Virus record (IMG/VR): IMGVR_UViG_3300011193_000001
Length of the DNA stretch: 64,000 bases
Direction: 5' to 3' (one strand)
Source of the DNA: a virus
The position numbers and the translations under genes are program-made. This document shows positions 53,680 to 62,708 of the stretch, one piece after another. The notes beneath the pieces are model-generated. The model made no database searches. It had not been told where the DNA came from and saw nothing but the letters and a program-made list of their open reading frames with translations. The number at the start of each line of letters is the position of its first letter. Position 1 is the first letter of the stretch.

Positions 53680-54120
53680 CTACGCGGCCTCCGACACCGC
53701 CTCAGCCACCATCGCCGTGAACTCCGCGAGCGCGCCGTACTTGCGATGCAACGCCTTCCACTCCCGCTCAGCGTCACGCAACGCCATCGCCCGCAACATC
53801 GGGTCCTGCGCGATCGCGTCGACCGGCGTGTAGTCGTAGCCGCTCGGCGACTTCGGCGACGGCAGCGCATGGAACGCGCGGACCGACCGCGCGGGCTCCG
53901 TCTCCGTCGCATCGGCATACACGACGCGCACCGAGCGGATCAGGTCACGCGCTTGGCTGAGGCGATGCGCGTCGGCCGCCACGTTGTCGCGCCATTCCAG
54001 CCGCTCGTGCAGCAGCGCGCCGGCCTCCGTCTTCCCGATCCGCGCCTCTTCGACGACGAGCGCCGGGGTGAGGATGTCGTGGCGGCCCCGGATGTCCTCC
54101 AACGCCTCCTTGAGCGTCAC
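53680..54120 (-). CDS. hypothetical protein, 146 aa
   Basis: ORF track. Confidence 0.5.
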   Translation of the reverse strand: MTLKEALEDIRGRHDILTPALVVEEARIGKTEAGALLHERLEWRDNVAADAHRLSQARDLIRSVRVVYADATETEPARSVRAFHALPSPKSPSGYDYTPVDAIAQDPMLRAMALRDAEREWKALHRKYGALAEFTAMVAEAVSEAA

Positions 54121-54743
54121 GAGATTACCTCCACGTCACGGTCCGGGTCGATCTGGAAGCAGCCGAAATCGCCCTTCTTCTCTGGCCGCCACTCGCCGAC
54201 GCCGACGCCCATCCCGGCCGCGTCGATGAGCGACAAGACCGACGCGCGGTCCAGCGCGGACGTGACGTAGACGACGCGGAGCAGGGTGCTCCACTCCGTG
54301 AACTCCGGCCGGTAGCGCAGATCGGTACCCATCCCGACACGCACGACGTCCTCGCGCATCCGGGCCTCGCCCGTGATCGGGACGAGCGCCTGCCCGTCCA
54401 CGCCGAGCGCGCCCTTGATGAAGACGAACTGCCGCAGCCCGACCTTCGTGACCGACTTGTCGTAGAAGCGGCTGGCCTCGACGGTGGCCGCCTTGAACGC
54501 GACGGCGGGGAAGCCGGGCGACCCGTCCTCGAAGCGGTAGAACGCGGCCTGGAAATCGGCCTCGGGGTCCTTGTGCGTCTTCGGGGTCTTGCGGCCCTGC
54601 ATGTTGTCGAGCATCTGCCGCTTCGCCTTCTCGCTGAAGCGATGCATGATGAGCGGGCTCGTGCCGAGGATCGGCACATCGATCGTTTCGACCTGGATAC
54701 GGTCGATCTTGACAACGGGACTCTGCTGAGTAGCAGTAGCCAT
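54117..54743 (-). CDS. hypothetical protein, 208 aa
   Basis: ORF track; coherent sequence, ..GVGEWRPEKKGDFGCFQI.. Confidence 0.55.
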   Translation of the reverse strand: MATATQQSPVVKIDRIQVETIDVPILGTSPLIMHRFSEKAKRQMLDNMQGRKTPKTHKDPEADFQAAFYRFEDGSPGFPAVAFKAATVEASRFYDKSVTKVGLRQFVFIKGALGVDGQALVPITGEARMREDVVRVGMGTDLRYRPEFTEWSTLLRVVYVTSALDRASVLSLIDAAGMGVGVGEWRPEKKGDFGCFQIDPDRDVEVIS

Positions 54744-54758
54744 GGTGAGGCTCCTTCG

Positions 54759-54866
54759 GTTGTGGAAGATACTGCGCCGCGAACACTAGCACGGCAACTT
54801 CTACAGCGCGAGAACCTTTTAGGTGCGCGGCGCGAGGACATCCGCGCCGCGCGGGTCTTCCACAAC
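54759..54866. promoter_or_regulatory. nested inverted repeats in the portal-downstream gap
   Basis: outer GTTGTGGAAGA (54759-69) / TCTTCCACAAC (54856-66); inner GCGCGGCGCG-8 nt-CGCGCCGCGC (54825-52). Confidence 0.4.
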
Positions 54867-54886
54867 CCGCCACGGAGCCTACCTCG

Positions 54887-57049
54887 CTACACCTCGCCCT
54901 CGAAGATCGCTACGGCCGTCCCGCGGCAACGCTCCCCGCCCTCACAGTCGAAGAACGCGCCGAGACTCGGGTAGTCCAGCATCGCGTCCTCGATGTCCTC
55001 GTACTCGCGGCCATCGACCGCCGAGCACGGGCCGCACGTAGCCACATCGAGGATCTCGGAGGCGATCACCCGCTCGGTTGGCGCTGACGCGATCGCTCCG
55101 AACCGGCCGCCACCGTTCGCCCGCGACGTCGCTCCCGCCGCAGCCTGTTCGGCCGCGGCGGGCGACAGCGACGACAGGAAGTCTTCGATCGCGCCCGCCT
55201 CGACGGTTGCCATGCGCGGCGCCGGGCGAAGCTTGCGCAGCAGGCCGCGGCCACCCGATGCCTGCACGGCCGCGGCCGGCGCCAGTGTCCGTGCGGCGGC
55301 CGCGCAAGCCTCCGTGATCTGCACCGCCATCCGCCGCTGAAGTTCGTTCGCTTCGACCGCGGCACGCGCCGCGTAGTCGACGTCGGGCGTGATCGTCACG
55401 CCTTGCCGCGCGGCCTCCCCGACGACCTGCGCGACACCCTGCGCCGCGGTAGCCGTCAGCATCGTGACGAGCGGCGCCGTGTCCATCGCGTTAGCGTGCG
55501 CGGCCAGTAACGGCCCGAGCGCACCGCCCAACGTGAGCGGGTCCACGGTTGGCATTGCTGCGACGATCGCGACCGCGGTTGCCGCGAGCTCGTCACGGTC
55601 GCGGAGCAGTACAGCGGCGAGATCATCGACGGCTGCGACATGCTCACGCTCGAGCTGCCCGAAGTCGGTTGCCGCCGCAAGCTCGACGGGGGTCGGGTCG
55701 CGGCGTAGCTCACGGCCGGCGACTGCGGCGAACGCTGTGCGGGCCGCACGCTGCCGGCGAGCGAGCGTCGTCTGCGCCGGGCCGCGGCGGCGCGCGGCGA
55801 TCGGCGCGGCGGGAGGAGGCTGGGCGGTGTCGTCCACGACCTCGGCGTCCACCACGTCATCCTCCGGCGCCTCGTCGGGCCGCCGCTTCCACACAAGCCG
55901 CGGCGCTGGCGCATCCTCACCACGGTTCCGGTCGACCCAAGGCTCGACGAGCTGCATCGTCATCGTGTCGCAGTACCAGTCCACGATCGTGTCGTGAAAC
56001 ATCGCGAGAAGATCATCGAACGTTGTGCCGAGCGCGCGGCTACCCGTCTCCGTCTGCCCGAGCTGTAGCAGCATCGTGAGCGTCGCGCGGGCAATGATCT
56101 CGTCCAGGTACTTCAGCATCCCAACGATGTCCGGCGTCGACCCGGTGACGCCCATCAGCATCACGGACTTCGCGATGTCCTCGTCGGTCTCCAGCACGAG
56201 GCAGGTGTCTTCGCCAGCCGCGTACCCGGCCAGCAGGCTCTCCAGCTTCTGCTTGACCGCGAGCGGCGAGCCTGGCGCGACCTTGCCGACAGGGACGCCC
56301 ATGCCGTTCTTCTCCGCGCTGAAGCCCATGACGCGAATCAGCCGGTCGCTCATCGACCACGCGCCCGTCAACGGCCTGAGCATCGACTTGCCGCGCGGAT
56401 CGCCCGGGCGGCCCTGCCATGTGAACGTGACGAGATGATCGGTCGGGATCTTGACCGGCGGGTTGCAACCCCACTGCACGACCCGAATCAGGTTGCCGTG
56501 GTTGTCGATCTCCCATGAGTTCGCGTCATCGATCGTCCACTGCGGCACCGGCGCAAGATCGGTCAGGCGCCAGTAGCCGGCGTCGTCCAGGCGGCCCGCC
56601 TGTTCGAACACGGCGTGCCCGTAGTCGAGTGCGTCAATCGCCCGGTCGAAGTGCCGGCGAGCGCTGAACCGCTTCGCTCGGCGGCCGGTGCGCTTCTCGT
56701 CGCTGCCCTCGATCGGTACGTCCAGATCGGCCGCGATCAGGTCCGTCGCGACGACATCGCAGTCCTGCGGGTCAAGCTCGATGATGTACCGGTGCGTCGG
56801 CAAACGGATCGCTTGGCGGCACGCGGCGACCTGCCAATGGTTGAGCATGTCCTCGACGGTCTCGGTGCGCTGCTTGCCGCGCCAGCGCTCCGACACTTCG
56901 CGTTCGGTCGGAAGGAAGTGGCTCCAGCCCGGCACCCCTGTTGATGGGGTGGAGAGCTCGGGGACGATGCTGCTGCGCGCGTCACCCGGTCCGGATGCGG
57001 CTTGCACTCGGGCGGCCGCGGCGGCAAGGTTGATCTGCCGCGTACTCAC
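54887..57049 (-). CDS. portal protein fused to a Mu-F/SPP1 gp7-like head morphogenesis domain
   Basis: GTGA overlap at 57046-57049; 720 aa; C-terminus ..TCGPCSAVDGREY..CEGGERCRG. Confidence 0.75.
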   Translation of the reverse strand: MSTRQINLAAAAARVQAASGPGDARSSIVPELSTPSTGVPGWSHFLPTEREVSERWRGKQRTETVEDMLNHWQVAACRQAIRLPTHRYIIELDPQDCDVVATDLIAADLDVPIEGSDEKRTGRRAKRFSARRHFDRAIDALDYGHAVFEQAGRLDDAGYWRLTDLAPVPQWTIDDANSWEIDNHGNLIRVVQWGCNPPVKIPTDHLVTFTWQGRPGDPRGKSMLRPLTGAWSMSDRLIRVMGFSAEKNGMGVPVGKVAPGSPLAVKQKLESLLAGYAAGEDTCLVLETDEDIAKSVMLMGVTGSTPDIVGMLKYLDEIIARATLTMLLQLGQTETGSRALGTTFDDLLAMFHDTIVDWYCDTMTMQLVEPWVDRNRGEDAPAPRLVWKRRPDEAPEDDVVDAEVVDDTAQPPPAAPIAARRRGPAQTTLARRQRAARTAFAAVAGRELRRDPTPVELAAATDFGQLEREHVAAVDDLAAVLLRDRDELAATAVAIVAAMPTVDPLTLGGALGPLLAAHANAMDTAPLVTMLTATAAQGVAQVVGEAARQGVTITPDVDYAARAAVEANELQRRMAVQITEACAAAARTLAPAAAVQASGGRGLLRKLRPAPRMATVEAGAIEDFLSSLSPAAAEQAAAGATSRANGGGRFGAIASAPTERVIASEILDVATCGPCSAVDGREYEDIEDAMLDYPSLGAFFDCEGGERCRGTAVAIFEGEV

Positions 57050-57345
57050 GATGATGGCGGCGCGTCGGGCACGGCGGCGAGGTCGCCCAGGTCCGGCGTG
57101 GTCGAGGCCATCGCGCAAAGCCACTGCTCCTCGAACTCAGCGAACGTCCCGATGTCGCGGCCGGCCTCGACCAGGATCTCGTGCAGCCGCACCATCGCGC
57201 TGCTCGCGTGATCCCACTGGACCATCGGGACCTGCTCTACGCGGCCGTCACAGTCCCGCTCGCCCTCATGCTCGAAGGCGAAGCAGACGTCGCGACAGCC
57301 GTGCAGGCCGTGGACGGGGCAGCGCGCGATGTTGACGACGGTCAC
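57046..57345 (-). CDS. hypothetical protein, 99 aa
   Basis: ORF track. Confidence 0.5.
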   Translation of the reverse strand: MTVVNIARCPVHGLHGCRDVCFAFEHEGERDCDGRVEQVPMVQWDHASSAMVRLHEILVEAGRDIGTFAEFEEQWLCAMASTTPDLGDLAAVPDAPPSS

Positions 57346-57542
57346 GCGGCCACCAGCCGATCACGGTCGACCCACTTCTCGCGGTCCTTGTGCTCGTAGC
57401 ACAAGAGGACCATGCGACCGTCGAACCTGATGATGCGCGCGGGCCGCGACATCTCGTGCGGCGCGCCGAAGGCGGCGAACCTAACTCGCTGACCGACGCC
57501 GAACTCGGCTGCGCGTGCAAGGTCCGTTGGGCGGGAGGCCAT
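57342..57542 (-). CDS. hypothetical protein, 66 aa
   Basis: ORF track; high GC3. Confidence 0.5.
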   Translation of the reverse strand: MASRPTDLARAAEFGVGQRVRFAAFGAPHEMSRPARIIRFDGRMVLLCYEHKDREKWVDRDRLVAA

Positions 57543-57656
57543 GCTTGAACGCTAGGCGCGGCGATGCGCGGCGGGTCAATCAGGGGCTGGCCGCAGCCGC
57601 ATTCGCACAGGCCCACGGGTATCGTTTCGTCGCGCATCGGGTACCTCCCGGTGTCA

Positions 57657-57685
57657 GCCCCCGGCCGTTGCCACGGTGCGGGGGC
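57657..57685 (-). terminator. stem-loop after the large terminase gene
   Basis: GCCCCCG-15 nt-CGGGGGC; followed on the minus strand by GGGAGG + ATG. Confidence 0.35.
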
Positions 57686-57725
57686 GCTTTACGAGCGACG
57701 AATTCTACCCGTTCAGAAGCAGTAT

Positions 57726-59417
57726 TCAGATGCAGCTCGGAGCGAACTTCATGTCGAGAATCCCGCTCATCACGCTCTTTGGCCGCGGCAACCCTTCCGG
57801 CTCAGGTTCTGGCCGCGGCATCGGGTTCGCCCAGGTAAGCGCTTGGGAGTGCGCGTCCACCTGATCGTCATTCGCGCCCTTGTCAAAGACGGTGTGCTCA
57901 TGGATCCATTCCTCGACCGTCGTCGGAACCAGCGCATGCCACTGCCCCGCCGCGTCCTCATAACCCGCCGGGCACGGGATCGACGGCGCCGCGGGCAAGA
58001 CCACGTTGCCGGACTCCGACAGCGGCGAGATCGCTGACGCCCGAGCTTTCTTGTCGCCCTTCGGAGGGACAGGGATCAGCCCGCCGATCTCGCTTTTCAT
58101 GGTGCTGATGACCGCCGGCCCGTTCGCTTTGTCCTCCACGAGCTTTGCGACAGCGCGCGGCTCAAACGCTGTCAGCGCCCGCAGGATGTGCAGCGTGTCC
58201 GCGAAGCTGAACCGGCCACGCACCTGCGCCATGAGGTAGCAGTCGGCGCCATGGAATCCCCAGACCTGTCCGACGACGTACGACGCGCCGGCGGACTTCG
58301 AGGCGAGCACCCCGAAGTGCATGTCCCATGACTGCACGACGCGATCGAACCCGAGCTCGAGGTAGCGGTCGAAGCCGGGTTCCCATCGCCGCGTGTACCA
58401 GTCGCGTTTGAACATGCCGCCGCCGGCCGGCGCGGGCTGCTGCTGGTACTGGCCGGCGTAGACGAACGCGTTGCCGCGATGCTCCGCGAGCGTCGCCTCA
58501 CTCAGCCGGACCGGCTCAAGCAGCTCGCCGGCCTCCGTGCGCGGATCGCCGTCGATGACGCGGCCAGACGGCAGCATCACCTTCGCCGGGTACGTGAACT
58601 GGTGGCTCGGGATGTACTCCGCCGGCAAGCACAGATGGTGCCAGCCCGCTTCCTGCGCTAGGAGGTAGCCGGTCAGGTCGTTCTCATGCAAGCGCTGATG
58701 GACGATGACCGCCGTTGCCTTGTCGTCGATGAACCGGCTTTTCATCGTGCCGTCCCACCATCGGTTCACGCGCTCACGATCAGCGTCGCTGTATGCCTGC
58801 TCGGGGTTGAGGGGGTCGTCGACGACGATGCGGTCCGCGTGATCGCCCGTCGCTTGGCCGCGCACGGCCGTCGCGAGCCGCATACCGCCGGCTGTCGTGT
58901 CGTAGCGGCCTTTCGCGTTCTGGTCAAGCGCGAGATGCCACCCCTGCCCGAGCAAGGCGAGGACGCCCTGGTAGCCGCGGCGCTGAAACAGGCGTCCCTC
59001 GGGCCGCCCACCGCGGCTAGCGATCAGGTCACGCATCTTGCGACTGTCGCGCAGCGCGAACTTCTCGCTGTAGGACGCGAACATCCAGCGCAGGTGCGGG
59101 CTGTTGATCCACTCCCATGCGGGCCAGCAGATCGCGGCCGTCACGCTCTTTGTGCTGTTCGGAGGCTGGTTGATCAGCAGCCGCGGGATCTCGCCTGCGC
59201 TGACGGCCATGAGGTGCTCGCAGACGAGGTCGATGTGCCATGCCTCGACGAACGGCCGCGCCGGCTCAAGCAGCGGCCATGCCTCCCGGATGAACACCCT
59301 GAGATCAGCCGCGCACCGTAGGGCTAGGTCGCGGTCGTCGCCGTCGTCGTCCGGTGGATCCCACCAGTCAGCTGCGATTGTTGCCGCAGCTGTCCATGCG
59401 GACGGGGCGAGAGTCAC
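57726..59417 (-). CDS. terminase large subunit
   Basis: 563 aa; ..INQPPNSTKS.. Walker-like, ..IVVDDPLNPEQA.., nuclease-like C-terminal half. Confidence 0.85.
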   Translation of the reverse strand: MTLAPSAWTAAATIAADWWDPPDDDGDDRDLALRCAADLRVFIREAWPLLEPARPFVEAWHIDLVCEHLMAVSAGEIPRLLINQPPNSTKSVTAAICWPAWEWINSPHLRWMFASYSEKFALRDSRKMRDLIASRGGRPEGRLFQRRGYQGVLALLGQGWHLALDQNAKGRYDTTAGGMRLATAVRGQATGDHADRIVVDDPLNPEQAYSDADRERVNRWWDGTMKSRFIDDKATAVIVHQRLHENDLTGYLLAQEAGWHHLCLPAEYIPSHQFTYPAKVMLPSGRVIDGDPRTEAGELLEPVRLSEATLAEHRGNAFVYAGQYQQQPAPAGGGMFKRDWYTRRWEPGFDRYLELGFDRVVQSWDMHFGVLASKSAGASYVVGQVWGFHGADCYLMAQVRGRFSFADTLHILRALTAFEPRAVAKLVEDKANGPAVISTMKSEIGGLIPVPPKGDKKARASAISPLSESGNVVLPAAPSIPCPAGYEDAAGQWHALVPTTVEEWIHEHTVFDKGANDDQVDAHSQALTWANPMPRPEPEPEGLPRPKSVMSGILDMKFAPSCI

Positions 59418-60034
59418 TAGCCGCGCGCCTGTCCTTCGCTGATCTCCTCGCCGTCAAGCGTCGCGGGCCGCGGCTCCTCGCCCTCGCGGACGAAGCGGCG
59501 TTGCGGCCGGTACACGCGGCCCAGATCCGTCGTTAGGTCCGTCGTGCCGCCATCACGCAATCGACTTCCGCGCAGGACGACGGCCGCGCGGCCGTCGATC
59601 GTGACCGTCGCTCGCTCGTCGACGTACGGGTCGCCGATGATCTCAACGGTGCGCCCGGCCGCTGTCCGGCCGACGAGCCATTGGACCGGAGCGGGCCTCG
59701 GCGCCCAGTCCTCGACCTTGACGACGCCGCGGTGCAGACTGCCGGTGCTCACGTACTCGGTCATCGCGGCTCCGTTCCGCTGCCGCCGCATACCTCGCAC
59801 GTCCCGGCACCATCGCAGCGGGTGCAGATCGGATCGTTCGCGCACGCGAAGTCTCTCGGCGGCCTCGCGGTCATCCTGCGCGGCTACCCATTCGACAGCA
59901 AGCCGCCACGGACAATCAGGCTCGTGAGGGTCGGCCTGGACGCCTACGGAGCCACAGAGCCCGCAGCCGTACCACGCGTCTTCGCAGATCGGGTCTGCCG
60001 CGGCCAGTGCCCGAACGATCTGCTCAGCAGTCAT
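59417..60034 (-). CDS. hypothetical protein, 205 aa (possibly two in-frame genes)
   Basis: ORF track; internal GGAACGGAG + ATG (MTEYVSTG..). Confidence 0.45.
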   Translation of the reverse strand: MTAEQIVRALAAADPICEDAWYGCGLCGSVGVQADPHEPDCPWRLAVEWVAAQDDREAAERLRVRERSDLHPLRWCRDVRGMRRQRNGAAMTEYVSTGSLHRGVVKVEDWAPRPAPVQWLVGRTAAGRTVEIIGDPYVDERATVTIDGRAAVVLRGSRLRDGGTTDLTTDLGRVYRPQRRFVREGEEPRPATLDGEEISEGQARG

Positions 60035-60375
60035 TGGATCGCCTCATATCCGCCAGCCGCCGTCTTCCGAAAATGGCCGTGTGGCGTGAACTGCGGCGCC
60101 ACGCGGCAACCCGGCCGGGCGCATGGGATCGGCAGGACGCCGTATCCGAGCGGCCCAGCGTCGCCCTCTACCTGCGTCCCGATGACCCGGTCACCGCGAT
60201 AGGCGTCGACCTCCACCAACGCGCAGCGGCACCGCCGAGCGCGCATGTCGGCATCCTCCGCGGCCAGCCGCACAACCATCCGCGACAACTCCAGCGTCGC
60301 CTCCATGCTCGCGGCCTGAGCCCACCCGTACAGGATCGTGGCCACGTACGCCCGGAACTCCCGCCACGCGGTCAT
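60031..60375 (-). CDS. hypothetical protein, 114 aa
   Basis: ORF track. Confidence 0.5.
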   Translation of the reverse strand: MTAWREFRAYVATILYGWAQAASMEATLELSRMVVRLAAEDADMRARRCRCALVEVDAYRGDRVIGTQVEGDAGPLGYGVLPIPCARPGCRVAPQFTPHGHFRKTAAGGYEAIQ

Positions 60376-60533
60376 CCGCGCCTCTCGATGCCTGCCGCGG
60401 CGAGCCCCGCCACATACGCGGCCATGACAGCGACCGGGCCGAACGGCAACCAGCCGTCACCCGCAAGCCCAGCCGCGCTCATGGCCGTCAGGATGCACCC
60501 GGCGATCAGCCAAGCTCTAACGACGTTGCTCAT
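60372..60533 (-). CDS. small two-TM membrane protein, 53 aa
   Basis: ATGA overlaps at both ends; below track cutoff. Confidence 0.4.
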   Translation of the reverse strand: MSNVVRAWLIAGCILTAMSAAGLAGDGWLPFGPVAVMAAYVAGLAAAGIERRG

Positions 60534-60928
60534 CGCTTGCCGCCCTTCGGCCGCGGCTCAGCCACGAAGCGGTACCGCCACGGCCTCCCCGGCGCCACGC
60601 ACGGCGCAACGATCGGCCCAGGCGCGATCAACTCCACGACACGCACGATCCGCGTCGCCGACCACGGCTGGCCGAGCGCCAGCAGATCACCTACGGCGAG
60701 ATTGCCGCCGAACTGCGGGTAGGCGAGATGGACGGTGCTGGCCGCGCGGTCAACCCAACCGTCGTCGGGATGGGCCGCCTTGACGCCGGCCGCGCGCAGG
60801 TCCGCGATCCAGGCCGCCTTGCGCTCCGCAAGCACGCCTCGATGCTGACGAATGAACGCGGCCATCGCGGGCGGACAGGACGAGCTGATCTGCACCGTGT
60901 AGCCGTCGAAGTGGACGGACTCGCTCAT
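60530..60928 (-). CDS. hypothetical protein, 132 aa
   Basis: ATGA overlap at 60925-60928. Confidence 0.5.
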   Translation of the reverse strand: MSESVHFDGYTVQISSSCPPAMAAFIRQHRGVLAERKAAWIADLRAAGVKAAHPDDGWVDRAASTVHLAYPQFGGNLAVGDLLALGQPWSATRIVRVVELIAPGPIVAPCVAPGRPWRYRFVAEPRPKGGKR

Positions 60929-61188
60929 CGCTTTCCCTTCGGGATCGGCGGCGTGTATCGCTTTGGCGCAACATCTGCGCGGTGCGTTCGAGTCGATGCC
61001 GGGGCAGGCGGGAGCGACCCGGCCGCGGCTGATGGTTCGAGTACGCCTGGTTCCACCACCGTGGCCCCCGACACCGACTCCAACGCCTGCTCGCATGCTG
61101 ACCGAACCCACGCCTCGCGTGAGGTGGTCGACGGCCGCGAAGCGTCGATGCGGGCCCTGAGATCGTCGGGGATGCGGACCGTTACCAC
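60925..61188 (-). CDS. ribbon-helix-helix DNA-binding protein, 87 aa
   Basis: GTG at 61188; VTVRIPDDLRARIDA..SREAWVRSACEQAL. Confidence 0.6.
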   Translation of the reverse strand: MVTVRIPDDLRARIDASRPSTTSREAWVRSACEQALESVSGATVVEPGVLEPSAAAGSLPPAPASTRTHRADVAPKRYTPPIPKGKR

Positions 61189-61274
61189 AGCGCACGCGAG
61201 ATCAAACTGCCCACGACACCGATCGTCCAGCCAAGCCAGAAACTCTTGCGGTGGAACCACTCGGAGATATTCAT
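61182..61274 (-). CDS. leaderless 30-aa hydrophobic peptide
   Basis: MNISEWFHRKSFWLGWTIGVVGSLISRALW; GC3 about 80% versus about 47% for the overlapping 122-aa ORF frame. Confidence 0.45.
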   Translation of the reverse strand: MNISEWFHRKSFWLGWTIGVVGSLISRALW

Positions 61275-61280
61275 GCATGC

Positions 61281-61309
61281 AGTGTAGACACACCGTGCAT
61301 GCATTGCAA
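61281..61309 (-). promoter_or_regulatory. promoter with overlapping inverted repeat; leaderless start
   Basis: minus strand TTGCAA-17 nt-TACACT-6 nt-ATG(61274); ATGCATGCA / TGCATGCAT inverted repeat. Confidence 0.55.
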
Positions 61310-61316
61310 GCACTAC

Positions 61317-61964
61317 CTACGCCGCGTCGCGGCCCGGCGCCAACTGCAACGCCGCGCGCCCCGCCCGCCGAACAACCTCATCCGCCGGATCCAACCCCAT
61401 CGCCTCCACGAACCGCCGCAGCACCCCCAACATCTCCCCGGCAATCTCCTGCTGCATGTCCAAGGTCCGCTGAGCCACCCCGGCATGCAGAGCTTTCGCC
61501 GTGACCTCAGCAAGGTGCTTGCGCTCGGCCATCCACAAGCCCACGAGAACGTGCGGCTTAGCCTCACCCGTCAACTCGCCCGACGCGTGCCGCGTATTCC
61601 GGTACAGCCGCCACACGCCCTGCTCATCCTTCGGCAGTAGAGCGATCTCGCCCTCGTAAAACACGATCGCGCGATGCGTCCGCGTGACCTCCCCGAGCAG
61701 CGCCTCGGCCGGGTCGATGTCGCCGCCATCCAGGCCGAACAGGGCGCATGCTTGCCGCGCCTGCTCACGATCTGCCGCAGTCTTCGCCGCCTTCGTCGCG
61801 CCCCCGTGCCGTTTGCAGGCCCCGGATCGCGGATGCGACGTGCCCCAGCCTGCACGCTGTGAACACGGCTCCAGACACCCTGGACACCCCGTCTTAGGGC
61901 ACTCGGGCTCGTGCCGCGTCGCGTCGCAATACCAGCCCGCCGGCTTGGACGGATCGCGTGCCAC
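61317..61964 (-). CDS. possible terminase small subunit / zinc-ribbon DNA-binding protein
   Basis: GTG at 61964; RAGWGTSHPRSGACKRHGG motif, recalled from actinophage small terminases. Confidence 0.35.
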   Translation of the reverse strand: MARDPSKPAGWYCDATRHEPECPKTGCPGCLEPCSQRAGWGTSHPRSGACKRHGGATKAAKTAADREQARQACALFGLDGGDIDPAEALLGEVTRTHRAIVFYEGEIALLPKDEQGVWRLYRNTRHASGELTGEAKPHVLVGLWMAERKHLAEVTAKALHAGVAQRTLDMQQEIAGEMLGVLRRFVEAMGLDPADEVVRRAGRAALQLAPGRDAA

Positions 61965-61966
61965 CG

Positions 61967-62131
61967 CTAGTGCGGGACCGTCGCCGCCGCGTCTAGTGCT
62001 GCGGCCCGCGCAAGCATGACGTGCCCCTCGCCCATCTTGGGGTTCCACAGCAGGTCGCCGACCTCGGCTTTCCATGCCGTATCGTCGCAGCCCTCGCCGC
62101 GCAGCTCCCATGTGACGTCGCTGCACTTCAC
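61967..62131 (-). CDS. small ORF, 54 aa
   Basis: GTGA overlap at 62128-62131; high GC3; below track cutoff. Confidence 0.4.
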   Translation of the reverse strand: MKCSDVTWELRGEGCDDTAWKAEVGDLLWNPKMGEGHVMLARAAALDAAATVPH

Positions 62132-62364
62132 GGTCCGACCAGCGTTTCCATGACCGCGTGGCGGCGCGGCACAAGGTTAGGGGCCGCCTCTTCTTTCATC
62201 ACGTAGCCATCGCCTACCTCGGCTGCGATGACGCCGAACGCTTCGACCGCCGCTTTCAACCTGTCGAGCTGCGCACCCGTCATCTCCATCAGGTCCGCGG
62301 CATCCCAGTTGACGCGGAACTCGTAGTAGCCGGGCTCCAACTGGATGGGAGGGTTGACCATCAT
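62128..62364 (-). CDS. hypothetical protein, 78 aa
   Basis: ORF track. Confidence 0.5.
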   Translation of the reverse strand: MMVNPPIQLEPGYYEFRVNWDAADLMEMTGAQLDRLKAAVEAFGVIAAEVGDGYVMKEEAAPNLVPRRHAVMETLVGP

Positions 62365-62708
62365 GGCCGGCCGTCCAGCGACGCGAAACAGCGCACCTTC
62401 GCCAGCGCCTCCGACTTCGAGAGCCCCGCTGAGAGAAGCATCTGGTAGCCGCCGCGTATCAGCCGCGCGTTCTCGCGCTGAGCGTCGCGACTGCGGTCCG
62501 CTTCGTCGGCCAGTTCGTCAGCGAACCTTGAGGCCAGGCCGTGCATGTCTGCTTCGAGTGCTGCCGCGTGCGTGTTCTGCCGCAGCGCCATGAACCGGCC
62601 GTGATAGGTGACCGCGACGCACACCTGGTCGCCGGGGCAGTGCAGCGGGATCGCGCGATGTGTGCCGCGCCAGACGCGCCAGGCGTCCTTTGTCTTGCCG
62701 AACTTCAT
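62361..62708 (-). CDS. hypothetical protein, 115 aa
   Basis: ATGA overlap at 62705-62708. Confidence 0.5.
   Translation of the reverse strand: MKFGKTKDAWRVWRGTHRAIPLHCPGDQVCVAVTYHGRFMALRQNTHAAALEADMHGLASRFADELADEADRSRDAQRENARLIRGGYQMLLSAGLSKSEALAKVRCFASLDGRP

Noticed and set aside
53361-53918. A 185-aa minus-strand ORF spanning the GCC-periodic tract.
   Set aside because: Its first half is the wrong frame of gene 53680..54120. The rest is Gly/Arg/Ala repeat dictated by the NNGCC periodicity, and it has no start or Shine-Dalgarno context.
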